Positions 25,128 through 34,708 of a DNA stretch of 43,453 nucleotides are shown here, piece after piece. Origin of the DNA: an uncultured Fidelibacterota bacterium (lineage in GTDB: Bacteria > Fidelibacterota > Marinisomatia > Marinisomatales > UBA8229). Each line of letters starts with the position of its first letter. The first letter of the stretch is position 1. Below the pieces are notes generated by a model, which searched no databases, was not told the DNA's origin, and worked only from the letters and a program-made list of their open reading frames with translations. Position numbers and translations under genes: made by a program. Location: contig CAJXJG010000002.1 of the NCBI GenBank assembly GCA_913054425.1, positions 1 through 43,453 on the forward strand, written 5' to 3'.

Positions 25128-27205
25128 CATTTTTATCTCCTACTATTCTATGGGGATTGGCTGCAGCATCAATTCCAATTATTATTCATCTACTTAGTTT
25201 AAGGCACACACGTGATATAGAATTCAGCACCTTGTACTTCATCAAAGAACTAGAGCATAAAACCATTAGACGACTGAAATTGAGACAATTGCTTTTAGTT
25301 TTGATCAGGATATTAGTGATCGTTTGCCTGATCCTGATGGTTGCCCGTCCGGTACAGAAGGGGTTTGTACCCGGTTGGATGGCAGCAGAGAAGGAAACCA
25401 GGGTAATAATTTTTGTAGATAATTCTGCCAGTATGTCTCTTGTATCAAATGGAATTTCTCTATTGGAAAACGCCAAAGGATCTGTCTTGAAAATTGTAAA
25501 TTCCTTTGAAGGACAGACAACGGTAGAAGTTTATCAAACCAACCCGGTCAAACGTGTGTTCAATGGAAAACCGGGAAATACATCACTTCAGTATGATGTC
25601 GAGACCATTCCCCAGACATATTCTACAGATCATTTATGGGGTACAGTGAATTCCGTATTGCAAAGTCTTAATGTGAATGAACCGAACAGAGAATGTTTTA
25701 TATTGAGCGACATTCAGTCTTTACCGGAACCAGAATCCTGGTTAACCGAAATGAGTGCGGATACTACCCGTCCGCAATGGAGGTTTTACTGCCTTGGGCA
25801 GGAGAAACCCAAGGATAATTTATCCATCCGTCAAGTGTCCGCTGTAAGCCAGATTCGGCTGCCGAATCATCTCCTGAAGTTAAATACGAAAATTATAAAC
25901 GATGGTACTCTGGATAAAAGAAATCATCCTGTGGAATTATTCTTGAATGCAGAACGTCTTGGACAAGTTGTTTCATCCTTTCAGCCTGCCCAGTCAAAAG
26001 AGTTTATGTTTCAGGCATATCCCGGAAAAAGCGGGCTGATTAAAGGACGGATTGAATTGCTGGAGGATGATTTTGCATTTGATAATGCATGGACCTTTGA
26101 ACTGTCTATTCCGGAACAAATTTCCTGCACATTGGTGGGCCAAACTGCTGAGGAAATGTATCTTTTGGAAATGGGATTATCTTCAATTGATGATCGAGCG
26201 GGATTTTTGATGCTTGATTCTCGAGTAGACCCTGATCCGGAAAGATTGTACTTGGATGAAACGGATGTTTTAATCCTTCATAATCCCGGTAATTTATCAG
26301 ATAAGGCCGTAGAAGATATACAATCCTTCCTTCACCGGGGTGGTGGAGTAATCTGGTTTGCAGGAGACAAGCAGACCGAAAAATTATCACTTCATGCTAT
26401 TACTGCATTGAAGCTTCCCGAGTTTAAAGATCTCCATAAGTTGGGTGGAGAAGGATATTTTTCCGTGATTCCAGCTCAGGTCGATCACCCCATTCTCGCT
26501 GAATTAGAATTAAGGGATTTAAACCGTGAATTACCACAGGTATTCAGTTATCTGGAGTCTATCCCCCGAGAGAATCAGAATGAAATTCTAGTTTTGAATA
26601 ACGATCATCCATTCTTGCTTGAATTTTCTTCCAATGGAGGGAGAATCTATTACTTTACTTCCCTGATGGATTTAACGTGGAATGATCTTCCTGTACGAGG
26701 ACTTATGGTACCTTTACTCCACAGGATTTTACTCCTCCTTGCTACTGATGAATTCAATACAAAACCGGTTTTTGTGGATGAAGAAAAAATTGTTTCCATT
26801 GATCAGGAACATATGAATTCTCAATGGTCTCTGAAAACACCTTCGGGTAAAACCATTCTGTTAATTCCGGATTTTAACACCGAATCATTGAAAATCAACC
26901 AGACAAGTGAAATAGGATCTTATGATGTGTTATCAGACGAATATCCCTATACGTCCTTTTCCGCACTTTTATCTCCGTTAGAATATCCCTCCAGGCGGGC
27001 TGCCAAAACTGAGGTTTTGAACAATCTTCCCTCAGGTCAGGCGATCTGGATTGATCCTACAAAGAATTTATCAAAGGAACTTCAGAATGTCCGTTATGGA
27101 AAATCATTATGGCGAACTTTTCTCATCTTAGCAATTATTCTTCTTTTCCTTGAAACAATAATTGGCAAAGTAAAACCGGCAAGCATGAAAAATGGAGTTG
27201 AATAA
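25124..27205 (+). CDS. BatA-N (N-terminal double-TM) / vWA-like large membrane protein
   Basis: The N-terminus FLSPTILWGLAAASIPIIIHLL matches the aerotolerance-regulator N-terminal double-transmembrane domain. A DxSxS MIDAS-like motif (FVDNSASMS, Asp at 25418-25420) and a C-terminal TM anchor are present. The ATGA overlaps the upstream gene. Confidence 0.65.
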   Translation: MTFLSPTILWGLAAASIPIIIHLLSLRHTRDIEFSTLYFIKELEHKTIRRLKLRQLLLVLIRILVIVCLILMVARPVQKGFVPGWMAAEKETRVIIFVDNSASMSLVSNGISLLENAKGSVLKIVNSFEGQTTVEVYQTNPVKRVFNGKPGNTSLQYDVETIPQTYSTDHLWGTVNSVLQSLNVNEPNRECFILSDIQSLPEPESWLTEMSADTTRPQWRFYCLGQEKPKDNLSIRQVSAVSQIRLPNHLLKLNTKIINDGTLDKRNHPVELFLNAERLGQVVSSFQPAQSKEFMFQAYPGKSGLIKGRIELLEDDFAFDNAWTFELSIPEQISCTLVGQTAEEMYLLEMGLSSIDDRAGFLMLDSRVDPDPERLYLDETDVLILHNPGNLSDKAVEDIQSFLHRGGGVIWFAGDKQTEKLSLHAITALKLPEFKDLHKLGGEGYFSVIPAQVDHPILAELELRDLNRELPQVFSYLESIPRENQNEILVLNNDHPFLLEFSSNGGRIYYFTSLMDLTWNDLPVRGLMVPLLHRILLLLATDEFNTKPVFVDEEKIVSIDQEHMNSQWSLKTPSGKTILLIPDFNTESLKINQTSEIGSYDVLSDEYPYTSFSALLSPLEYPSRRAAKTEVLNNLPSGQAIWIDPTKNLSKELQNVRYGKSLWRTFLILAIILLFLETIIGKVKPASMKNGVE

Positions 27206-27207
27206 CT

Positions 27208-28473
27208 GTGTCTTTTGAAACAGGAAAATTGGAAAGGGCGATTTTAGTCGGAGCAATATTCGGTAAAAATGATGAACAATCTGTTGCTGAACATTTAGAT
27301 GAGATGGAACTCCTTTCTGAAACAGCAGGTGCTGAAGTTGTAGGGAGAGTCACCCAGAAGGTATCAAAGATAAACCCTGCTTTTTTTATTGGTAAGGGAA
27401 AAGCTGAGCAGATTGTTCGGCAGGCCAAAGAATTAGATGCCAATTTACTGATTTTTGATGATGATTTAAGTCCAGCCCAGACAAAGAATTTCCAAAAGCT
27501 TGCTGATAATCTGAAGGTTATTGATCGAAGCGCTTTGATCCTGGATATATTCAGGAAACATGCAAAAACCAAGGAAGCCAAGACACAGGTCGAATTAGCT
27601 CACCTTCAATATATTCTTCCCCGGCTCACCCGGATGTGGACACATCTGGAGCGGCAGATGGGCGGGATCGGAACCCGCGCCGGTGCTGGTGAGACACAAA
27701 TCGAAGTAGACCGAAGACTCGTTCGGCAACGGATTGGAAAGTTGAAAAAGGAACTCAAACGGATAGATAGGGAACGGGTTACACAGGGGAAACGACGGAA
27801 AGATCTATTCAAGGTTGCCATAGTTGGCTATACAAACGCAGGAAAATCAACACTCATGCAGGCGCTCACCGGAGAGGAAGTTTTTATACAGGACCAATTA
27901 TTTGCCACTTTGGACACAACAATTCGATCCGTTTCATTCAATGGTACTCAAAAATTTCTTTTGAGCGATACAGTTGGGTTTATCCGAAAACTTCCCCATC
28001 ACCTGGTAGCAAGTTTTCGCAGTACCCTGAAAGAAGTTATTGACGGGGACCTGATTCTGATTGTGCTGGATGCATCTTCCCAACAGGTCATGGAACACCT
28101 TGAAACAATTCATACTGTTTTGGAGGAACTCAAAGCAGACAAACATAAAACTTTATTAGTGCTTAACAAAATTGATTTGATTCATGGAAGCGCAAGGATG
28201 GCCTACTTGAAGCGAATTTTCCCTGAGGGAATACTGATATCCGCACGCAGCCAACTACGGATTGACCAGTTGATGAAAAATATTACCAGGGTCATGGATG
28301 AAACCTCTCAGACTGTGAACGTATTTTTTTCATTTGAGCAAGGAAGAGAACTTGCTGTTGCCCAGGAAGGGGTTGAGGTGTTGGAGCGGTCGTATGATGA
28401 TGATGGCATTCGGTTGAAAATTCGCGGGTCTCCTCAGCGAATTAACCAGATAATTCTCTCCACTGAAAAATAA
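27208..28473 (+). CDS. hflX: GTPase HflX
   Basis: The HflX N-domain is followed by G1 GYTNAGKSTL, G3 DTVGFI and G4 NKID. It uses a GTG start. Confidence 0.95.
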   Translation: MSFETGKLERAILVGAIFGKNDEQSVAEHLDEMELLSETAGAEVVGRVTQKVSKINPAFFIGKGKAEQIVRQAKELDANLLIFDDDLSPAQTKNFQKLADNLKVIDRSALILDIFRKHAKTKEAKTQVELAHLQYILPRLTRMWTHLERQMGGIGTRAGAGETQIEVDRRLVRQRIGKLKKELKRIDRERVTQGKRRKDLFKVAIVGYTNAGKSTLMQALTGEEVFIQDQLFATLDTTIRSVSFNGTQKFLLSDTVGFIRKLPHHLVASFRSTLKEVIDGDLILIVLDASSQQVMEHLETIHTVLEELKADKHKTLLVLNKIDLIHGSARMAYLKRIFPEGILISARSQLRIDQLMKNITRVMDETSQTVNVFFSFEQGRELAVAQEGVEVLERSYDDDGIRLKIRGSPQRINQIILSTEK

Positions 28474-28484
28474 GACAATAAAAA

Positions 28485-28512
28485 GAAAGCCCTCTAGTTT
28501 TGGAGGGCTTTC
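28485..28512. terminator. Rho-independent-type hairpin, possibly bidirectional
   Basis: A perfect 10-bp stem GAAAGCCCTC / GAGGGCTTTC (28485-28494 / 28503-28512) with an 8-nt loop lies 12 nt after the hflX stop. It is flanked by an A-run upstream (= T-run on the minus strand) and only TT downstream. The U-tract is therefore better for a minus-strand transcript. Confidence 0.6.
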
Positions 28513-28516
28513 TTAA

Positions 28517-28685
28517 CCTGTTTCAGGCAGTTATTCAGGACCGCTATTTACATGTTGGGATGCCTCCCGAATACAGCAAACTTCCTTCATCCGCTAGTTT
28601 GCGGAAAGGCCCGTTTTTTGCATTCGGAGTACAGCTTCCAAGATTTTGATACTGAAGATCCTGAATTAACAGATCCCGAAACAGG
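28517..28685. ncRNA. Candidate structured ncRNA: 169-nt rod-like imperfect hairpin with central bubble (6S-RNA-like); strand undetermined
   Basis: Closing stem 28517-28540 / 28659-28685 includes 8 perfect bp CCTGTTTC/GAAACAGG and TTCAGGA/TCCTGAA. The asymmetric bubble is 28541-28553 vs 28642-28658. The internal stem 28555-28574 / 28620-28641 pairs TTGGGA..CTCC-CGAAT with ATTCGGAG..TTCCAA. An apical hairpin CCGC/GCGG is at 28591-28604. The element lies in a 454-nt gap between convergent genes, with no ORF. Confidence 0.35.
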
Positions 28686-28927
28686 AATTGTCAATAAACC
28701 TTGATGAAATTACGTACTTCTCCGGCTTTTTCAAACTAGGAATATCTTATTAGTTTAACGAATAAACTCACCGGAGGACGGCGAATTCAATCCACTAACT
28801 TTTGTTATTACTAAAATCTTCATTTTTTACTCAAATCTCAAATTTACCGCACAAGTTTAGCCGTCCGGTGGAGTGAGGGTTAGGCTTGTGTTTTATTTGG
28901 TTTATTATATTTTTTAAATAATCCCAA

Positions 28928-30163
28928 TTATTTCTCCGAATATAAGTTGGTCTCACCTTCGCTTTTTGCTACAATCACTGCGCCAATACTGTCGCTGGTA
29001 ACGTTCACCATGGTGCGGAACATATCCAGGGGGCGATCAACGGCAAGCATGGTTCCAACAATGACTGCTGCTCCGGGATGGTTGCCCAAGCCCACAGCAT
29101 CCAAAACGATAAAAATCATCACCAGTCCTGCTGAAGGAATCGCCGCCGCGCCTACAGAAGCCAGGAAAGCGATAAGGACAACCACGACCTGCTGTGAAAT
29201 GGAAAGATCAATTCCCAGCGCCTGGGAAATGAACAGAACACCAGCGCATTCGTACAGGGCAGTGCCGTCCATGTTGATGGTTGCTCCCAATGGCAAGACA
29301 AAACTGGTGGTACGGTTTGATACCCCCACATTATTTTCCACACAATTGATTGTGACCGGAAGTGTTGCACCGGAAGAACTGGTTGAAAACGCTGTGGCAA
29401 AAGCGGAAGCCATGGCTTTCCAGTGTTTTATGGGATTGATCTTTGTAAAGATGAAAAATATCAGTGGTAGAATAACCAGGAAATGAATTGAGAGCCCGAT
29501 GGTTATGGTGATCATATATTTCCCCACAGCTTTGAAAATATCCAAACCTGAATTTGCAACTGCCGTTGTGATGAGCCCGAAAACGCCAATAGGGAGGAGG
29601 GCAATAATTCCCTGTGTCAGTTTCATCATGGCTTTGAAACCGTAGTCAAAAAAATTGGTCAAAAATTCCTGCGGTTTCCCGGAAAGACGGGTAATGGAAA
29701 AGCCGAAAAGAATGGACCAGAAAATTATACCGAGCATATCTCCTTCCACCGCCGCCCTGATTGGATTCAGGGGAATCATGCGAATCAAGATTCCCCCCAG
29801 GGAATCAGGTTTGTGCAAGGTAGCGGGATCAAAATCTCCGCCTATACCTGAAAGTTCAATCCCAACTCCCGGCTTGATAAGGTTGGTGAGAGTCAGCCCC
29901 ACCAGAATGGCAAGGATGGATGTTAAAAAATAATAACCGAACGTTTTTGCACCCATTCGTCCGAGGGTTTTACTGTCGCCAAGACTTGCCACCCCGCTGG
30001 TGATGGAAAAAATGATGAGCGGAACAATGATCATTTTCAACAGGCGCATAAAAATGGTTCCTAGAGGTGCTACTATCGTTGATTTTTCGCCCATAATAAG
30101 GGCGAATGCTATACCCAGGGACATGGCAATAAAAACCTGCCAATGAAGTTTCAGTTTAAACAT
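28928..30163 (-). CDS. Dicarboxylate/amino acid:cation (Na+/H+) symporter, DAACS family (GltP-like)
   Basis: 411 aa and polytopic, with conserved DAACS motifs SSSGATLP, NMDGTALYE and VDRPLDMFRT. Confidence 0.9.
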   Translation of the reverse strand: MFKLKLHWQVFIAMSLGIAFALIMGEKSTIVAPLGTIFMRLLKMIIVPLIIFSITSGVASLGDSKTLGRMGAKTFGYYFLTSILAILVGLTLTNLIKPGVGIELSGIGGDFDPATLHKPDSLGGILIRMIPLNPIRAAVEGDMLGIIFWSILFGFSITRLSGKPQEFLTNFFDYGFKAMMKLTQGIIALLPIGVFGLITTAVANSGLDIFKAVGKYMITITIGLSIHFLVILPLIFFIFTKINPIKHWKAMASAFATAFSTSSSGATLPVTINCVENNVGVSNRTTSFVLPLGATINMDGTALYECAGVLFISQALGIDLSISQQVVVVLIAFLASVGAAAIPSAGLVMIFIVLDAVGLGNHPGAAVIVGTMLAVDRPLDMFRTMVNVTSDSIGAVIVAKSEGETNLYSEK

Positions 30164-30214
30164 TTGTGTACTATTCCTTCAAATTGAAATACAGTTTAAC
30201 GATTTGGATACCAA

Positions 30215-32374
30215 TCAATTTTTGATTAAGTCCATTGTTTTGGAAAGATCGGTGGTAGGAAGTTTACAGGAAAAATTTTCACAAATATACGCTGTCGCTT
30301 TTCCTCCCAGGGTTGTCTGGGATTCTGTCCATGGCGCAAGGGTGGAAAGAACAGAATTTTTATTTGACATATCCTTGAATAGAATAATTTTGTTCGGTTC
30401 ATAGTATGAATTAACAGCAGTGAGAAATTGCATTGATTCCTCCTGGTTTGAATTTCCTACAATGACTATTTCTTTTGGGGAATCTGTTTCGAATATATAG
30501 CCCAGCAACATGGCAGAAAACCCTCTTGATGATCTTTCAATATCTTTTGAAAATATTTTCAGGATTGTCTCTGCCATCCCAGCCCATTTCATGTCCCCTG
30601 TAATCCGTGCCAGGCGGTGTAATAGACCAACGGCAATGGAGTTCCCAGAGGGAATAGCTCCGTCATAACCTGTTTTTGCACGGGTGATCAGCTTTTCAGC
30701 ATTTTTACTTCCCAAAAAGAATCCGCCGTCTGCTTCATCCCAGAAATTATTTACTAATACATTAGAAAGGTTTAATGCTTCCTGGAGATACACTTCCTCG
30801 AACCCGGCTTCATACAGTTCAAGCAGCCCCCAGATGACAAACACATAATCATCCAGGTGAGCCTGAAGTCCTGCATTCTCCTGGCGATAGCGCTTCAATA
30901 AACGTCCGTCTTTTAGCCGGAGATTCTTCAAAATAAAATCCGCCCCTTTTTTAGCAGCGTTGTAATATTCCGGGGAATTCAAGGCAACCGAACCTTTTGC
31001 CAGGGATGCGATCATGAGTCCATTCCAATCCGTGAGTATCTTGTCGTCTTTAAGAGGATGAATGCGTTCCTCCCGTACCTCAAAAAGGGTTTTTCTGTGT
31101 TTTTCCATAAAATCAAGGTCAACTTCTTCAATCGGGGTTATGATATGAGGGATATTTCGTGCCGTCTTCTGGCTGCCGGCTTCATCACGAAAATTACCTT
31201 CGGGCCTTATATTCAGCAGGAGATTAAACTTTGCACTTGCTTCCACTCCCAATATGGATTTGACTTCATCAGTTGTCCATAAGTAAAATTTTCCTTCTTC
31301 TCCTTCGCTGTCCGCATCTTCAGCAGAGAAAAACCCCCCGTCAGGACTGGTCATATCCCTGAGTACGTAGGTGTAGATCTCCCTGACTGTCCTTCCATAT
31401 TCTTCCTTACCGGTAATCTGAAAAGCTTCCAGGTAAGCCATAGAGATCATTGCCTGGTCGTAGAGCATTTTTTCAAAGTGGGGAAGGAGCCATCTCTTAT
31501 CCGTTGAGTAGCGATGAAAACCAAATCCGATGTGATCCCAGATTCCTCCCTTCCTCATATTTTGGAGTGTTGTCTCCACCATGGTTAACGCTTCTTTATT
31601 TTTTGTCATGTGATAGTATCGCAGGAGAAAAAGGAGATTATGGGGTGAAGGAAATTTTGGCGCTCTCCCAAATCCGCCCATAGCTGAATCGAATGAATTT
31701 GTGAACGCAATAAAAGTTTTAGTGAGTATTTCAGGAGTTAAAGATTCTCCCCCGGATTTTGAATTAGCTTGGTCAAGGTAGCGCTTTATTTTATTTATAC
31801 TATCCGAAAGTTCCAGTTTTCGATTTTTCCAGGCGTCAGCCAGGAATGGTATTAATTGCATCATGCCCGGACGGTTGCCCTGTCCGGATTTTGGGAAATA
31901 TGTTCCGGCAAAAAATGGTTCTTTACTGGGGGTCATTACAATTGTCAGGGGCCAGCCTCCTCTTCCGGTCATTGCCTGGCATACTGACATATAAACATGA
32001 TCAATCTCCGGCAGTTCTTCCCGATCAACTTTAATACAAACAAAATTATCGTTCATGAGTTGCGCTACTTCTTCATCCTCAAATGATTCGTGTTCCATCA
32101 CATGGCACCAGTGACAGGTGGAATACCCAATGGATAAGAAGATTGGCTTGTCACGTTTTCTTGCTTCACGAAAGGCTTCTTCACCCCATGGATACCAATC
32201 TACGGGATTATCAGCGTGCTGTAGTAAATAAGGACTGGATTCTTGAGAAAGTCTGTTCATATGTTTACTTGAATGTTTTGTACTTGACTGCGATCCCGCA
32301 TCCGATGAACAGCTTATGAATAGAGCCAGGGCAAAGATGAAGGGTTTTGGCGGTGTTCGTTTCATGGATACCAT
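30215..32374 (-). CDS. Thioredoxin-domain protein YyaL (DUF255 + six-hairpin glycosidase-like domain), lipoprotein
   Basis: [47 protein letters not shown] is the DUF255/YyaL signature. A long alpha/alpha-toroid-like C-terminal region follows. The leader has a lipobox (ALFISC). Confidence 0.9.
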   Translation of the reverse strand: MVSMKRTPPKPFIFALALFISCSSDAGSQSSTKHSSKHMNRLSQESSPYLLQHADNPVDWYPWGEEAFREARKRDKPIFLSIGYSTCHWCHVMEHESFEDEEVAQLMNDNFVCIKVDREELPEIDHVYMSVCQAMTGRGGWPLTIVMTPSKEPFFAGTYFPKSGQGNRPGMMQLIPFLADAWKNRKLELSDSINKIKRYLDQANSKSGGESLTPEILTKTFIAFTNSFDSAMGGFGRAPKFPSPHNLLFLLRYYHMTKNKEALTMVETTLQNMRKGGIWDHIGFGFHRYSTDKRWLLPHFEKMLYDQAMISMAYLEAFQITGKEEYGRTVREIYTYVLRDMTSPDGGFFSAEDADSEGEEGKFYLWTTDEVKSILGVEASAKFNLLLNIRPEGNFRDEAGSQKTARNIPHIITPIEEVDLDFMEKHRKTLFEVREERIHPLKDDKILTDWNGLMIASLAKGSVALNSPEYYNAAKKGADFILKNLRLKDGRLLKRYRQENAGLQAHLDDYVFVIWGLLELYEAGFEEVYLQEALNLSNVLVNNFWDEADGGFFLGSKNAEKLITRAKTGYDGAIPSGNSIAVGLLHRLARITGDMKWAGMAETILKIFSKDIERSSRGFSAMLLGYIFETDSPKEIVIVGNSNQEESMQFLTAVNSYYEPNKIILFKDMSNKNSVLSTLAPWTESQTTLGGKATAYICENFSCKLPTTDLSKTMDLIKN

Positions 32375-32526
32375 AGAAAATCGAGAATAGTTGGTGTAAG
32401 ATTACAATCCTATTTGAATAAATACTAACGGTTTTAACCGAAATCATCCTAATTTTTACCGGGTGCTGACACAATAATTTAAAAGGTAGAGAATCAAAAT
32501 GCTATTAATAAACCTAGAGGAATAAA

Positions 32527-33960
32527 ATGCTTTACCTTACAATCATTTCGATTTATTTATTTCTGTTAATAGGTGTGGGAATCTACAAATCCAGCCATGT
32601 GAAGACCCAAATGGATTTTTCAGTTGCTGGACGAAGTCTTACTCCCTGGATTTTAGTTGGTACGATGTTGGCAACTTGGATTGGTACGGGCTCAATCCTG
32701 GGGAATGCTGGAGAAACCTATTCAACCGGTTTGGCAGCTTTGATCCTTCCTATTGGCGGAACCTTAGGAATAATCCTGCTTACACAAATTGCGGGACGCG
32801 TTCGCACGTTTGAAAAATTTACTGTGCCTGAGATCATTGGAGAACGATATGGTTCTGTTGCCCGGTTATTGAGTGTCATTGCCTTGGTGCTGGCATATAT
32901 GGTAATCGTTAGTTACCAGTTTAACGCCGGCGGTGCAGTAATTGAAACAGTTCTCACCGATGAGTCCGGTCATTCCCTGATCTCATCAGGAACAGCTACA
33001 ATTATTGCTGCGGTGTTTATAATAGCTTACACTATGCTGGCAGGATTATTCAGCGTTGCCTACACAGATGTGGCAAACGGTATCATTATGACTCTTTCGC
33101 TGCTCATCGCCTTCCCGATTCTCTGGGTAAAAGCTGGTGGGTGGAGCGGGATGGAAACAGCTTTTGTCAATATGGGAAAACCCGAGCACATGCAATTTTT
33201 TGGTGTATACTCTCCCATGGATGTTCTCAATTTCTGTTTACCGCCGTTTTTACTGGTCTTGGGGGATGCCAACATGTATCAGCGCTTTTTTGCCAGTAAA
33301 AATGCGGAAGGAGCAAAATTTGCAACAAAGGTACTTATTTTTGCAGTACTGGCGGTAGAAATACTCATCATCGCTTCAGCCTGGGTGAGTTCAAGCATGA
33401 TTCCTGATGCGGAAGTAGGAAAACATGTGTTAATTTTTGCTGCCCACAGGTTTTTACCACCATTTTTAGGCGCCATCATGATGACAACCATAGTTGGTAT
33501 TATTATTTCCACTGCTGATTCCTACCTGCTGGTACCCGCAACTACACTCATGCGTGATGTTTACCAGATTTATATCAATCCAAAAGCCAGTGAGACGAAA
33601 ATCGTTTTACTGAGTCGCCTGTTGGTGCTTGGGCTTGGTATTATAGCATACGTTGTTTCATTGAAATTTTCTGAATCAACCGGGTTTTTTGAAAAAGCGC
33701 TTTATGCCTATACAATCTATGGTGCAGCCATTACACCCTCGTTAGTGGCAGCGCTGTTCTGGAAAGGAGCAACTAAAGAGGGTGCGATTGTATCGATCAT
33801 TTCCGGGACTTTAATGACCCTGGCATGGAAGGAAGCCGGTTTTATTCAGAATTGGGTTCCGGTACAAATATATTCAAATGTTGATGAGGTACTCCCCGCA
33901 ATTTTTATATCGGTTTTCAGCCTGGTGGTTGTGAGTTTGATTACAAAGAAAAAGTATTAA
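32527..33960 (+). CDS. Sodium:solute symporter (SSS) family transporter
   Basis: 477 aa with about 13 TM segments. The N-terminus DFSVAGRSLTPWILVGTMLATWIGTGSILG is SSS-typical. AGAGGA lies upstream of the ATG. Confidence 0.85.
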   Translation: MLYLTIISIYLFLLIGVGIYKSSHVKTQMDFSVAGRSLTPWILVGTMLATWIGTGSILGNAGETYSTGLAALILPIGGTLGIILLTQIAGRVRTFEKFTVPEIIGERYGSVARLLSVIALVLAYMVIVSYQFNAGGAVIETVLTDESGHSLISSGTATIIAAVFIIAYTMLAGLFSVAYTDVANGIIMTLSLLIAFPILWVKAGGWSGMETAFVNMGKPEHMQFFGVYSPMDVLNFCLPPFLLVLGDANMYQRFFASKNAEGAKFATKVLIFAVLAVEILIIASAWVSSSMIPDAEVGKHVLIFAAHRFLPPFLGAIMMTTIVGIIISTADSYLLVPATTLMRDVYQIYINPKASETKIVLLSRLLVLGLGIIAYVVSLKFSESTGFFEKALYAYTIYGAAITPSLVAALFWKGATKEGAIVSIISGTLMTLAWKEAGFIQNWVPVQIYSNVDEVLPAIFISVFSLVVVSLITKKKY

Positions 33961-34574
33961 ACTTTTTCTACCAGCGGGGGATTATTTTTCTGCAGTTGAG
34001 ACTTATTTGGATCTAAATCCCGCCGGTAGTATTCGAACGTTTTACCAGTATCCTGCCAATTGTCTACCCGGTTTACAATTTTGATTTCTCCAGAAAACCG
34101 GGAGGAAACTCCTAGTATGACGTGTCCCGTAACGTAGCGAATTGTTAGACGTTTTTTAGCCCAGCTCAGGTACACGCGCTTCAACATTTTCGCGTATCCA
34201 TTATTCTTATATTGGGCCATGATTAAAAAAGCATAAGTATAAAGGGTATTCTCTTTTCCAAAATTTTCATCAAGACGTGCCCAAGGTTCGTGACTCAACT
34301 CTTCAAGGGGAACTCCGATAATGTAACCAATGATTTCTCCCCGGTAGCGGACAATGAAGGGTAAGGAACCCGGTTTATTAAAGTATTTTTGTATAGTTGT
34401 TTTTGTAAGGACTGCTTTTTCTCCAAACTGACTTTTAAGATGTTTAGAAATTTCTATTAGAATGGGATAATCATTTTGACCAACATGTTCGAGCAGTTCA
34501 ATTTGGAATACTCCGCTTGAGGCAATAACCCGGGTTTTAGATTTAGATTCAGTACTAAAAGACAGTTGATTCAC
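33957..34574 (-). CDS. Hypothetical protein, probable GNAT-fold acetyltransferase
   Basis: A beta-alpha pattern with a possible acetyl-CoA-binding segment (FLIMAQYKNNGYAKMLKRV). The resemblance is weak and motif-level only. The stop overlaps the convergent transporter stop within TTAA (33957-33960). Confidence 0.4.
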   Translation of the reverse strand: MNQLSFSTESKSKTRVIASSGVFQIELLEHVGQNDYPILIEISKHLKSQFGEKAVLTKTTIQKYFNKPGSLPFIVRYRGEIIGYIIGVPLEELSHEPWARLDENFGKENTLYTYAFLIMAQYKNNGYAKMLKRVYLSWAKKRLTIRYVTGHVILGVSSRFSGEIKIVNRVDNWQDTGKTFEYYRRDLDPNKSQLQKNNPPLVEKV

Positions 34575-34708
34575 AAATGAAATCTACAACGACGGATTAA
34601 ATCAGGGTAACTTGAAACTTGAATAAAAATGCAATTTTCCCCCGAATTGCGTGGATAAAAATATTTTTCTCTGTGTCTCCTGTGGAAATATGGCGGTAAA
34701 TTATTTTT

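Noticed and set aside
27135-27581. 148-aa minus-strand ORF spanning the BatA-like/hflX junction, plus 27606-27821 and 27934-28146 (-)
   Set aside because: They are antisense to hflX, whose G-domain motifs are unambiguous. They show no motifs and have Ser/Arg-rich shadow-frame composition.
28474-28927. Possibility that the large convergent intergenic gap encodes tmRNA, RNase P RNA, SRP RNA or a tRNA
   Set aside because: On neither strand did I find the tmRNA 5' GGGG...3' T-arm/CCA-end pattern, the RNase P P4 motif (GAGGAAAGUCC / its complement), the SRP GGAA/AGCA domain IV pattern, or a GGTTCRAATCC T-loop. Only the 6S-like rod is retained as a candidate.
28947-29486. 179-aa + strand ORF, plus 29152-29400 (-) and 29655-29933 (+), overlapping the DAACS transporter gene
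   Set aside because: These are entirely antisense or out of frame to a strongly supported 411-aa transporter with conserved family motifs. Their low-complexity Ala/Thr/Pro-rich translations are typical of shadow ORFs on the opposite strand of a relatively GC-rich membrane-protein gene.
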